Below are positions 30,950-40,675 of a stretch of 64,000 bases of DNA, in pieces. Made by a program: the position numbers and the translations under genes. The notes under the pieces are model-generated. The model was not told where the DNA came from. It ran no database searches and saw only the letters and a list, made by a program, of their open reading frames with translations. Position 1 is the stretch's first letter. Each line of letters opens with the position of its first letter. The DNA is from Solirubrobacteraceae bacterium (GTDB lineage Bacteria > Actinomycetota > Thermoleophilia > Solirubrobacterales > Solirubrobacteraceae): contig JBOGXY010000204.1 of the NCBI GenBank assembly GCA_050696495.1, positions 6,796 to 70,795 of the forward strand, given 5' to 3'.

Positions 30950-32092
30950 ATGCGCCGCTCACCTCGTTTATGCAACGCTATCGCCCGCTTGGACGGGCAA
31001 TCGGGACTTACCATCGGCATCGACGCCCGCGCCGCCGCAGAGGTCAAGGCCGGTCGCGGCAGGCTCGTGCGTGAGTTGCTGCGGGCACTCGCGAACCGTG
31101 ATGAGGACCATCGCTACTTGCTCTACGCACGCGAGCCTTGGCCGGAAATGCCTCATGACAATCGATTCGCATGGCGTACGATCGGCGGGCGCGATCCCCT
31201 CTGGCATGCGCACGCCGCGTGGGCGGCCGGACGCGAATGCGATGTACTGCTTTCCTCCAACTCTTACCTCACGCCACTGCTCACCCGAATCCCGAGCGTG
31301 GCGATCGTCTATGACCTGATCGCTTTCGAGCCGGCGATGCGACCAAATCGGCGATCGAGCATCATCGAGCGCGCCACGCTGGGCGCTGCGGTGCGCCGGT
31401 GCTCGGCGCTGCTTGCGATCTCCCAAGCCACCGCCGACTCTCTAACCGATCGGTTCCCGCGAGCACGCGGACGGACTGTGGTCGCATCGCTCGGCGTCAC
31501 CCCCACCCTGTCGGTCGAGCTCGACCCAGCAGAGACCTCAGCTCTGCCTGCACCAGGCTTCGTGCTCGCCGTCGGCACACTGGAGCCACGAAAGAACTTG
31601 CCGCGCCTCGTTCGGGCCTACCAGTCGCTGGACGGCGGAATGCAGCGCGAACATCCGCTCGTCGTCGTCGGCGCACTGGGCTGGGAGACCGGCGAGACCG
31701 TGCAAGCGCTGCGCATGCTAGGAGAGCGCTGCATCATGCTCGGGCACGTCTCCGACGCCGTGCTGGCCGAGCTGTATCGACGCTGCGCGGTCTTCTGCTA
31801 CCCCTCGCTTGGCGAGGGCTTCGGGCTACCGGTGCTCGAGGCGATGGCTGCGGGGGCACCCGTGCTCACGTCGAACGTCTCGTCGTTGCCGGAGGTGGGG
31901 GGCGATGCGGTGGAGTATGCCGATCCGCGTAGTGATGTCTCGATAGCCGGCGGCCTTCGTTTGCTGCTCTCCGACGAGCCGTTTCGGATGACTCTCGGAC
32001 AGCGGGCGATCGCCAGGGCAAACGAGTTTTCCTGGGAGCAATTTGGAGAGACCGTACTTCGGTCGCTTGAGCAGGTGACGCGCAGTGGATGA
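30950..32092 (+). CDS. Glycosyltransferase family 4
   Basis: IGIDAR, VGTLEPRKNL, PSLGEGFGLPVLEAM; start uncertain (30950 or 30989). Confidence 0.9.
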   Translation: MRRSPRLCNAIARLDGQSGLTIGIDARAAAEVKAGRGRLVRELLRALANRDEDHRYLLYAREPWPEMPHDNRFAWRTIGGRDPLWHAHAAWAAGRECDVLLSSNSYLTPLLTRIPSVAIVYDLIAFEPAMRPNRRSSIIERATLGAAVRRCSALLAISQATADSLTDRFPRARGRTVVASLGVTPTLSVELDPAETSALPAPGFVLAVGTLEPRKNLPRLVRAYQSLDGGMQREHPLVVVGALGWETGETVQALRMLGERCIMLGHVSDAVLAELYRRCAVFCYPSLGEGFGLPVLEAMAAGAPVLTSNVSSLPEVGGDAVEYADPRSDVSIAGGLRLLLSDEPFRMTLGQRAIARANEFSWEQFGETVLRSLEQVTRSG

Positions 32093-33047
32093 AAGCCACG
32101 GACACACAAACACAAAGCCGCTGGTAAGCATCGGCATACCCACCTATCAGCGTGTCGAGACTTTGCGTAGAGCCATCGACTCCGCGCTGGCGCAGTCCTA
32201 CACAAACATCGAGGTCGTCATCTGCGACGACGGTTCGAGCGACGCCACGCAGGTTCTCTGCAGAGACCTGAGCGCACACGACGGGCGGGTCAGATATTTG
32301 CGCTCCCCAACCAATCTGGGTCTCGTCGCTAACCACAACAAGCTGTTCGCCGAGATGCACGGGCAGTACGTAATGATGCTGTGCGACGATGACTGGCTTG
32401 AGGCCAGCTACGTGGAACGGTGCCTAGCAGAGCTTAAGGCCAACCCGGATCACATCCTGGTATGCGGAGCAGCTCGTTATCTCAATGAGGGAGAGTTCGT
32501 CCGCGATGGCGTCGCGTTTCAACTAACCCACCCAGATCCAGCCACACGGATACGTGCTTATTTGAAGGGAATAGATGAGAACGGCCTTCTGTACGGTCTG
32601 ATGCCGCGGACGGCACTGATTCACGCAGCGCCGATGCGTAACGTCCTGGGTAACGACTGGCTCTTGGTGATGGCGATCCTCGCGCAGGGGAAGGCACGGA
32701 CAGTGCAAGACACCGCCATCTTGCGCGAGCTGGACGGAACAAGCGCGGACTTCGACAAGCTCACGACTACGCTCAAGCTACCCCGGTGGCAGGCCCGAAT
32801 ACCCCACCTGGTTCTCTCATGGCAGCTTTTTGCCGAGATTGGGTGGCGCGCGCCGGTCTATCGATCCCTCTCACTCGTCGCTCGTACTCGTCTTGCGATG
32901 ATGGCCGCTTGGGCGAGCATCCGCTGGCGCTCGCTGGTGTGGCACATGACGATGCCAACCTTCGCCATGATCGGACGGCGCGCTCACGGCGGCTTGATCT
33001 GGCGCGCCTACAGCGGGCTCGCTCGTCTCCTAGGCGGTAACGGCTAA
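32085..33047 (+). CDS. Glycosyltransferase family 2
   Basis: PLVSIGIPTY, CDDGSSD, MLCDDD. Confidence 0.9.
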   Translation: MDESHGHTNTKPLVSIGIPTYQRVETLRRAIDSALAQSYTNIEVVICDDGSSDATQVLCRDLSAHDGRVRYLRSPTNLGLVANHNKLFAEMHGQYVMMLCDDDWLEASYVERCLAELKANPDHILVCGAARYLNEGEFVRDGVAFQLTHPDPATRIRAYLKGIDENGLLYGLMPRTALIHAAPMRNVLGNDWLLVMAILAQGKARTVQDTAILRELDGTSADFDKLTTTLKLPRWQARIPHLVLSWQLFAEIGWRAPVYRSLSLVARTRLAMMAAWASIRWRSLVWHMTMPTFAMIGRRAHGGLIWRAYSGLARLLGGNG

Positions 33048-33848
33048 TCAAACTCCCCAGGCCATTCGCTCAAGCCTCCGCTTGAACTTTGGATCGGCCG
33101 TCGCGTATTGCTCTGTGCGATTGTCGGCGACAAGCAAGTTGCGTTGTTCGCCACTGCGAAACGTGGCACTCTCTTGCCAGCGCTCGGGAGGATAGGCAAC
33201 GCCGTCGCGGCCTACGATAAGCACCTTCATACCCCGTTCCCAGATCTGGTTGGAAATCGATCCCCTGCCGCTCTCAAGCGCCCACGCGCTCGCCTTTGAG
33301 CGAGAGACTTCCCAAGCGAGTCCCAGCATCAACTCCCGATCCAAGAGGAAAGCATTGCTGCGCAGGTGAGGATTGGGAAAGGGAGCGAAGTCTCGGCGGC
33401 GCAACGGCCTAAGCCAGCGCGGCGCGGCGCTAAACGCACTCTCGAAGGAACCGCTCGCCCCGACCATCCCCACCCCGGGATCGCCAAATGCCGCATCCAT
33501 CATTGCCAGCCAATGAGGGGCCAGCGGGCGACTATAGGAGTTCAGAAAGCATATGCGCTCTGCCTGTAGCTTCAAGGCAGCCATGCGATATGCCACAAGA
33601 TCAGCAACGGGCGCGGGTGGCAGGAGAACCTGGTGATCGACGCCCACCAAGAGACGTCGCACATCCTCCAGCGCTCCGGCGTGGGAGCCGTGAAAGCCAT
33701 TTAGGATCACCGTCAACCGGTGGGGAATTCCCGAAGGCACGTCGTGATAGGCGCGCAGGAAGCCTTCGAGCATCTCCGGTCCCAGCGGCGCCCACACGAG
33801 ATGAACCGCAGCAAGCTTGCAGGTGCTAGTGGACAACCCGCTCACCAC
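33048..33848 (-). CDS. Uncharacterised glycan-locus protein, possible GT-A-like fold
   Basis: ICFLNSYS..WL..PGVGMVG..PHLRSNAFL pattern; context next to flippase. Confidence 0.6.
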   Translation of the reverse strand: MVSGLSTSTCKLAAVHLVWAPLGPEMLEGFLRAYHDVPSGIPHRLTVILNGFHGSHAGALEDVRRLLVGVDHQVLLPPAPVADLVAYRMAALKLQAERICFLNSYSRPLAPHWLAMMDAAFGDPGVGMVGASGSFESAFSAAPRWLRPLRRRDFAPFPNPHLRSNAFLLDRELMLGLAWEVSRSKASAWALESGRGSISNQIWERGMKVLIVGRDGVAYPPERWQESATFRSGEQRNLLVADNRTEQYATADPKFKRRLERMAWGV

Positions 33849-33865
33849 TAAAGGAGATCAGCATC

Positions 33866-35374
33866 TCACCGCGCATCCAAGCCCGGGCGACGCCCTTTAA
33901 GACCATCCACCAACTCGGCCGGAATCGCTCCCGATAGGTACAGGACTCCGGCGTACAGCGCTACCGCAACAACGACCAGGACAAGCGTGGGAATTCCCGG
34001 AATCAGCGCAGGCATCGCGGCGAATAGCCCGGCAAACAATATCCGCGGCAGCCGGCGTAGAGATGGCCGTAGGTTGGCGTGACTGTACCTCAACACCAAG
34101 AAGGCCACCGTCGCCAATCCGACCTCCATCACAACGGTGGCGGATGCTGCGCCATTAGGCCCTGCAAGCGCCGTCAGCGCCGCCACGAGCACACCTCCCA
34201 CCGCGAGCGCGCCGATGTTGATCAACATCAATACGCGCTGCCGATGCAGACTGAGCAGCGCAAAGCTCCACACCGCACCGACGAACGTCCCTCCGAGAGC
34301 GAATGCTTGGATGCGAAGAACCTCGATAGCCGGGTGGAATTCGGCGCCGCCAACCACGGCGATCGCGATCGGCGCGCCGAGCGACAACAGCAGCACAAAC
34401 AGCACGCCAACAATCGCCGCGACCTCGAATACACGCTCTATTCCGTATGCGAAGCGGGCGTGATCACCAAGTGCCGCGCGGGCGAAGATGGGAAAGGCCG
34501 CACTTACCATGAGCAGCGGTATTTGGGTGAGAACTTCGATGATCCGGAATGACGCGCTGAAGTAGCTGAGTTCGTGCGCGTCAGCCAGCAGCGAAACAAT
34601 CACAACAGAGAGGCGGAAATACACCACTCCCGTCGCAACCGCGATCGAGAGAGGAAGGAGGTCGCGCAACAGCTTTATCCAGCGTACGCGGTCGAAGGAC
34701 GGTACCAGCGGCACCCGGCCACGCAACAGTACGACCGTAGCCAGAAGCCCGGCAATCGCGACGGGTATTGAGGCGCCGAGGATCACGACCAGCCCGGCGC
34801 CGCCGAAGGCCAAGACGATCACGAACACTGCCAGCGCCAACTGCCGGCTGACTTCGATAGTCGTCACCCAGCCAAGCCGTAGTTTGCGCATCAGGTCGAT
34901 CGACAGGGTTGTCTGCAGGTTCTGAAATAGCAGTCCCACCCCGGCCAGCGCCACGCCTGCAACCACTGCGGAGTCGTAGCCTACGAGCGCCGCGAATACT
35001 AGGGCGAGAGCAACACCGACCACCGTCACGGCCAGTCTGAGGCCAAGCAGGGTGCGCATTAGCTCATGTCGTCCGGCGGCATCGCGGATCGCCAACTCGC
35101 GCAGCCCTAGGGTGGTCATTCCGAGATCAGACACGCCACCGACGATCGCAATAATCGAGCCCGCGAGCACGTAGAGCCCGGTGAGCTCGGTGCCCAGGTG
35201 CCGAAACAGGACAGCTGCCGAGCCGGCGCCCGCAACGGCGGTCACGAGGTATCCGATCACCCTCAGCGTGCCTCCACGGACGGCCGCTCCTCCGGCAGCG
35301 CCGCTTTCGAGGAAGTCTGGGTCGGTCTTCGCCCCGGTCCCCTTCGTCTCAGGGCCGGAGATGATCTGGATCAC
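33866..35374 (-). CDS. Oligosaccharide flippase (Wzx)
   Basis: 502 aa, about 12-14 TM helices, RHLG..GLY, SDLG..LRELA, FPIFAR. Confidence 0.88.
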   Translation of the reverse strand: MIQIISGPETKGTGAKTDPDFLESGAAGGAAVRGGTLRVIGYLVTAVAGAGSAAVLFRHLGTELTGLYVLAGSIIAIVGGVSDLGMTTLGLRELAIRDAAGRHELMRTLLGLRLAVTVVGVALALVFAALVGYDSAVVAGVALAGVGLLFQNLQTTLSIDLMRKLRLGWVTTIEVSRQLALAVFVIVLAFGGAGLVVILGASIPVAIAGLLATVVLLRGRVPLVPSFDRVRWIKLLRDLLPLSIAVATGVVYFRLSVVIVSLLADAHELSYFSASFRIIEVLTQIPLLMVSAAFPIFARAALGDHARFAYGIERVFEVAAIVGVLFVLLLSLGAPIAIAVVGGAEFHPAIEVLRIQAFALGGTFVGAVWSFALLSLHRQRVLMLINIGALAVGGVLVAALTALAGPNGAASATVVMEVGLATVAFLVLRYSHANLRPSLRRLPRILFAGLFAAMPALIPGIPTLVLVVVAVALYAGVLYLSGAIPAELVDGLKGRRPGLDAR

Positions 35375-35582
35375 CCGATCTGCACCGTCGGCCTTGACGC
35401 AGGGCCCTCGCCTCGCTGGGCCGCGAGCTCAACCCCCCTGCCAGGAGTACCGTGTTCACGCGTCAAGTCTATAGTTCAGCCTTCATGGAGGCTAACATCG
35501 CCGCGGCAGTGGACTGCCCAGGATATGTGCAACCGTTTGAGGGGCATCATCTTCGACCCTCTTATCCACCGGCTGTCCGCAC

Positions 35583-36404
35583 TTGGGTCGAGAAAACTTG
35601 AACACCGAGCCGCGGTCATATGGTCAGTTCGGAGAGGATCGCATCCTGGCGGAGATCTTCGGCGACCGCGCCGGCGGGTACTGCGTCGAGATCGGCGCAG
35701 ACGATGGTCGTACCGGGAGTGCGACCTATTTGTTTGAGAAGCGTGGATGGCACTGCCTCTTGGTCGAGCCGATTCCGGAGTCGGTCGAGGAGATCCGCAG
35801 ACACCGCGCTTGCACAGTGGTCAACTGTGCTGTAAGCAATCAAGAGGGTGAGGCGACCTTCGGCGTCGCCGAAGGCGTCGAGACCATGTCGACGCTCGAT
35901 CTCACTCCCGCTCATGTCGCATGGATCAAGCGGTTCGGGGGGGAAATCAGGGAGATAAAGGTACGAACAGCCACGCTGGATAGTCTACTTACCGAGGCAG
36001 CCTTCCCCGAAATCCAGTTCATCACAATCGACGTCGAGGGCCATGAGATTGCCGTGCTCGAAGGCTTTTCGCTCGAGGCGCACAAGCCGCGGATAGTGAT
36101 CATCGAGGACAACTCGATAAGCGGCGATCGACGGGTGGCCAGCTACATGGCCGATCGCGGATATGTGCATTTTCGTCGTACCGGTGTCAACGAGTGGTAC
36201 GCACACGAGTCAGATGTTGAGCTCGTTCAGCCGGACGAGATCAGACGATTCGAGCGGGCAAAGACCTGGCAACGATGGGAACGTAGACGCAAGCAGGCCG
36301 TCAACCGCACCGCGACGCTGGTTGGACGCTACCTCCCAGGACCCACGAAGCGACGCCTGAGAAACGTATTTGACGCTCTCCGATCGTCGGCCGCTGGAAG
36401 GTAG
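35583..36404 (+). CDS. FkbM-family methyltransferase
   Basis: SYGQFGED, VEIGADDG, LLVEP, TIDVEGHE. Confidence 0.88.
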   Translation: MGRENLNTEPRSYGQFGEDRILAEIFGDRAGGYCVEIGADDGRTGSATYLFEKRGWHCLLVEPIPESVEEIRRHRACTVVNCAVSNQEGEATFGVAEGVETMSTLDLTPAHVAWIKRFGGEIREIKVRTATLDSLLTEAAFPEIQFITIDVEGHEIAVLEGFSLEAHKPRIVIIEDNSISGDRRVASYMADRGYVHFRRTGVNEWYAHESDVELVQPDEIRRFERAKTWQRWERRRKQAVNRTATLVGRYLPGPTKRRLRNVFDALRSSAAGR

Positions 36405-36413
36405 GCAAGCGAG

Positions 36414-37460
36414 ATGCGTCTGTCCATCTGCATTCCGACATACAATTTTGGTGCCTTCATCGGCGAAACTTTGGAGAGCATCCTGCCGCAAGTAGAGGAT
36501 GGTGTCGAGGTTGTCGTGCTCGACGGGGGCTCAGACGACGACACGTCCACGGTCGTGGAATCCTTTCAACAACGGTATCCCAGCTTGCGCTACGAGCGAC
36601 GCGACAAGCGTGGCGGCATTGATCGAGACCTCTCTCGAACGGTCGACCTTGCCCGCGGCGAGTATTGCTGGCTCTTCGGTGCCGATGATGTGATGAAGCC
36701 TGGCGCGATCGGACAGATGTTGAAGAACCTCGATAGCGGCTGTGATCTCTATCTCTGCGGCCTCACACTATGCACGTTTGATATGCAGCCTTTGGGCGAC
36801 CACCGCGTGTCGAGGATCAAGACCGAGTCCCAGTTCGATCTGGGTAAGGCGCGCGATCGCAGAAGGTACTTCAGGCTCGCACAGACGACACCAGCGTTCT
36901 TCAGCTTTCTCGGATCGCTGACCTTTAAGAAGTCCCGTTGGGATGCGATCGGCCTGGACGAGGAGTTCGTCGGCAGCCTGTGGGCACATGTCGCGCGCCT
37001 GTTTCAGATGATCCCAGGCGGACTGCGGCTGCATTACCTCCCTACGTCCTATCTACTCAAGCGCATCGACAACGACTCCTTTATGGATCAGGGACTTATC
37101 AATCGCTACTCGATCGCGATCGACGGATACGACCGACTGGCCCGTACCTGTTTCCCGGATGCCAGCCTGGAGGCGCGCCACGTCCGCCGGACGGTAAGGA
37201 ACGAGTTCCCCCCGTGGCTACTGCTCGGACTGAAGTTCAGTAGCGAGCGCGAACGTCCCGAGGATGTCCCCGCCGTAGATCGCCTGGCGAGAAAAGCCTA
37301 TGGTGATCGGACGCCACGAAACCTCCTCTATCACCTTACCTACCGGCACACACCACGTCCGGCCTTCCGGGCTGCCCAGGCCGTCAACCGCGCCGTGCGA
37401 TCGATCATTGCGCCGATCAGGACCCTCCGACGACCCGCACCTCCGGCAGCGGCACGATGA
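36414..37460 (+). CDS. GT2 glycosyltransferase, RfbV/abequosyltransferase-like
   Basis: LSICIPTYN, LDGGSDD, GIDRD, GEYCWLFGADD, NDSF. Confidence 0.82.
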   Translation: MRLSICIPTYNFGAFIGETLESILPQVEDGVEVVVLDGGSDDDTSTVVESFQQRYPSLRYERRDKRGGIDRDLSRTVDLARGEYCWLFGADDVMKPGAIGQMLKNLDSGCDLYLCGLTLCTFDMQPLGDHRVSRIKTESQFDLGKARDRRRYFRLAQTTPAFFSFLGSLTFKKSRWDAIGLDEEFVGSLWAHVARLFQMIPGGLRLHYLPTSYLLKRIDNDSFMDQGLINRYSIAIDGYDRLARTCFPDASLEARHVRRTVRNEFPPWLLLGLKFSSERERPEDVPAVDRLARKAYGDRTPRNLLYHLTYRHTPRPAFRAAQAVNRAVRSIIAPIRTLRRPAPPAAAR

Positions 37461-38712
37461 ACTGACCACCTCGCTGGAGGAACTCCTGCTCGCGCTCGAT
37501 GAACTCCTCAAGGAAGTGCCACGGCAACGCAAGGTAATAATCAGGCTTCATCGCGCGTGAGTCCTCCTCGCTGATGATCGGGATTTTCGTCGCGATCGTC
37601 TCCGAGCCCCACTTGTCGGGATTGCGGTCGGCGGCCGCCTCGATGTAGGTACTGTCCAGGTCCGCGTATTGGAGGATTGTGTTGCCCTTGGTCGAGGCGC
37701 CGTAGACGTGAATTTTCTTGCCTTCGCCATGGAACTTCTTGCACATCGCTACGAGATCGTCACGGACTTTCTCGGAGCCGATCCGAAACTCCTCATAGGG
37801 CTCGGGCGAATCAAGCGCCAACTCGAACTCCTTGACACGCAACGCGTTGAGCGCCTCCTGCTGCTCGGGCGTACGCGTATGGCGGCCGGCGTGTCCAATG
37901 AACAACCGAATCGATCCGCCGTTCATATCGTTGGTCTCGGCAGAGACGACTTCCAACCCCTCCTCGCCTACGAGCCGCTCGATCACAGCAAGCGAGTAGT
38001 ACTCGAGGTGCTCGTGCACAATCGCGTCAAAGGCGTTGGCTTCGAGCATCATGGGCAGGTAGTGCAGCTCCATGACCCAGATGCCACCCTCTGCGAGCAC
38101 CGAGGCCACATCCGCCACGAACGTACGCGGATACTCGAGGTCATAGAACATCGCGATGCTCGTGACCGCCTTGGCCTTCTGGTCCGGGCGCCGCGCCACC
38201 AACGCGTCCCCCGAGAAGAAGTCGTTGACGACGTCATACCCCTTGGCGATCGCGTAGCGCGCCACGTCGGAGGGATCGAAGCCAAGGTGGCGCAGACCGT
38301 CGGTCTGATAGCCGTCCAAGAGGGTCCCGTCGTTGCAGCCGATATCGACGACCAGGTCGCCGGACTCCAACGACACGATCGCTTCCACGCCACGCGCGAT
38401 GCCGTGAAGATTGTCTGTCATCGTGCGGTTGACGCCGCTGCGATACCAATAGGAGCTGTAGAGGATCGAGCCGGGAACGGTGTGCTTGGTTTGGATCAGC
38501 CCACACCCCTCCTGATCGCGCGTCATGTCGCAGCGCACAAGTTCCAGCGGGATCGCGCGCTCCACCGGCTGGGCGCCGTTTGGATCGGCGAACGCCCCCG
38601 CGATGCGCTGGTCGCCGAGCGAGAGCACCGGGGTCAGGTGGGCGCTGCCGCAGATGCGACAGGTGGTGCGCGTCGTCAGACTGGTGCGCGGTGCTGGTTT
38701 GCTGGTGCTCAT
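37417..38712 (-). CDS. NDP-hexose C-methyltransferase (class I SAM, Zn-binding N-terminus)
   Basis: CRICGS, YWYRSG, DIGCNDG, IAMFYDL, HEHLEYYS, YGASTKGNT, LPWHF. Confidence 0.9.
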   Translation of the reverse strand: MSTSKPAPRTSLTTRTTCRICGSAHLTPVLSLGDQRIAGAFADPNGAQPVERAIPLELVRCDMTRDQEGCGLIQTKHTVPGSILYSSYWYRSGVNRTMTDNLHGIARGVEAIVSLESGDLVVDIGCNDGTLLDGYQTDGLRHLGFDPSDVARYAIAKGYDVVNDFFSGDALVARRPDQKAKAVTSIAMFYDLEYPRTFVADVASVLAEGGIWVMELHYLPMMLEANAFDAIVHEHLEYYSLAVIERLVGEEGLEVVSAETNDMNGGSIRLFIGHAGRHTRTPEQQEALNALRVKEFELALDSPEPYEEFRIGSEKVRDDLVAMCKKFHGEGKKIHVYGASTKGNTILQYADLDSTYIEAAADRNPDKWGSETIATKIPIISEEDSRAMKPDYYLALPWHFLEEFIEREQEFLQRGGQFIVPLPEVRVVGGS

Positions 38713-38819
38713 GTGGGGCCTCCGTAGCGAACGATCGGCGGGCCACTATTTCACAACCGCATGACGGGCGAGCAGACGGTCCGGCAGTCGCGTGGCGAGC
38801 AACTTGCGAGTGGAGTTCT

Positions 38820-39147
38820 CTATGCGGTCATCCAACGCTCGGCGTTGCGCTCATATATCTCGCCGAGGATCTCCAACACCCCGCGCGTGATCCCCCAACC
38901 GGGGTAATCGCGCTTGAACTCCTCCAGATCGCTGATCCACCAGCGGTGATCGCCGACCCGCGCCTGCTCCCCCAGGCTCCACCGAAGCTCCCGCCGAGGC
39001 GGCCCAATCGTGCGAGGGCTGCGCCGCGGCATGGATCACGAGCTCGATCTGGCCCGCGCGCTCGGCAAAGACTCGCGCGACCCCGTCCGTGTCGCGGATG
39101 TCGAGCTCCAGCGAGCGAAACTCGTTTGGGTAGCGCTCGATCAAAGC
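38820..39147 (-). pseudogene. Decayed second copy of the CDP-paratose-2-epimerase-like gene (5' truncated, ~590-bp internal deletion)
   Basis: 38820-38995 aligns to 40676-40852 and 38996-39147 aligns to about 41442-41590, with scattered substitutions. Confidence 0.9.
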
Positions 39148-39193
39148 AACACCCGGACAACGGGAAACCGCTCCAGACACGATGCAGTTGGCC

Positions 39194-40582
39194 TCACGCG
39201 AACAAGTCTCCGCTCCGCACCAGGAGCACACCCTCCCTGGCCGCACGTCGCTGCAGGGAGCGAGTAAATCCCCGCCGCGCGAACAGCACGAGCCGAGCAC
39301 CCGACGTGCGCCCCTCAACCGCGTCTACGCTGCGAATCAGCGCGTCGAGCGCATCCTCGTCGACCAGCCGCCGCGACCACTTGCACGACCCGAACAACGT
39401 GTACTGATGCTTGTCCGTGCAGGCCACGTCTATCTCATGCCGCCCATCGCGCGACCACCAGGATCCGATATTCACGGCGCTCGCGGCCTCCTCGATCTCC
39501 GAGTAGCGCCCGAGCCAGAGACGGCATACATCCTCAAAGATGCGGCCGACGTAGGTGTCGAGATCGTCCTGCACCTGCTCCCACACCGCATCCACCGCCT
39601 CCCCGCGATCGAGCCGGCTTCTGTTGGGCGCTACCCGACGAAACCAGAAGCGAAAGAACGGATCGTCGATATGCCAGAAGCCGCGACGACGACCCACGCC
39701 GGGCATGGCGGGCCTACGCTCCCGCACATAGCCGAGAGCCGCAAGCCGATCGAGCACAACAGCAACGTTTGAGCTTGGAAGCTCGAGCAAGCTGCCGATC
39801 TGCGAGTTGCGGGTGCGACCGGAGGCGATCGCCGCCAGCACGCCAAAGTAGCGCATCGGATCGCGTATTCCTCGCTCCTGCCTCATCAGCGTGAGCGGCT
39901 CCTCGTAAAGGGGCGCGCCCTTGCGCAGAATCGTCTCACGCACCACCCGCTCAAGGGAGCGCTCGCCGGCCCACACCTGATACTGGGGCGTCCCTCCGAT
40001 GACGGCGTAACGCTCTACGAGTTGCTCAGGCGAACTGCGTGCGGGAGCGAGCTTCGCAGCGTCGCGGTAGTCCAGCGGATCGATCGTGGGCCTGTACGTG
40101 GCGCGGCCGTGCAGCGGTGCATCGCCAGAGAGGAGCCCCTCCATGAACGTCAGCGCACTGCCTGACAGCACCAGACAGACGGGCGTTCCGTCGCGGTCCC
40201 ACCTATCCCAATGTCTCTGCACGACCGATGGCAGCGCGGGCTCGGAGCCGCAGGCGTATTGAAACTCGTCGATCACCGCGACCAGCGGCCGCTCAGCTGC
40301 TTGTGAACCGAGAAACTCCAGCGCCTCATCCCATGAGCGAAAACTCAGCGGCGGAGCGCCCGGTAGAAGTCGTGCGACCTCTGCCGCAAACGCTGCCAGC
40401 TGCACTGAGCGCGGCTGCTCGTCTGCCTGATAGCTCACGACACGCTCGCCGACAAAGGCGTGCGCCAGCAGAAAGGTCTTGCCAACTCGGCGCCGGCCGC
40501 TCAGCACCACGAGGCTCGGCGCGGACTCGTGCAGCTCACGCAGGCGCGCCAGCTCCAGCTCGCGATCTATCAGGGGCCGCAT
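39194..40582 (-). CDS. Archaeal-type ATPase + wHTH + C-terminal PD-(D/E)xK-like domain (ATPase_2/DUF234 architecture)
   Basis: IDRELEL, GRRRVGKT, VIDEFQY, LSGS, GGTPQY, DPFFRFWF, FEDVCR, HEIDV..FGSCKW. Confidence 0.9.
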   Translation of the reverse strand: MRPLIDRELELARLRELHESAPSLVVLSGRRRVGKTFLLAHAFVGERVVSYQADEQPRSVQLAAFAAEVARLLPGAPPLSFRSWDEALEFLGSQAAERPLVAVIDEFQYACGSEPALPSVVQRHWDRWDRDGTPVCLVLSGSALTFMEGLLSGDAPLHGRATYRPTIDPLDYRDAAKLAPARSSPEQLVERYAVIGGTPQYQVWAGERSLERVVRETILRKGAPLYEEPLTLMRQERGIRDPMRYFGVLAAIASGRTRNSQIGSLLELPSSNVAVVLDRLAALGYVRERRPAMPGVGRRRGFWHIDDPFFRFWFRRVAPNRSRLDRGEAVDAVWEQVQDDLDTYVGRIFEDVCRLWLGRYSEIEEAASAVNIGSWWSRDGRHEIDVACTDKHQYTLFGSCKWSRRLVDEDALDALIRSVDAVEGRTSGARLVLFARRGFTRSLQRRAAREGVLLVRSGDLFA

Positions 40583-40589
40583 AGATGCG

Positions 40590-40626
40590 ATGCTACTACA
40601 CGAAATACTATTTCGTAAAGTAGCAT
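40590..40626. promoter_or_regulatory. 37-bp near-perfect palindrome over a leaderless promoter
   Basis: ATGCTACTACACGAAATA-C-TATTTCGTAAAGTAGCAT; minus-strand TAGCAT lies 7 nt before ATG 40582. Confidence 0.75.
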
Positions 40627-40675
40627 TCTCACACTGGGCGCGGGTGCTTCGCTGTTGATAACGCCGTGGGCCGAC

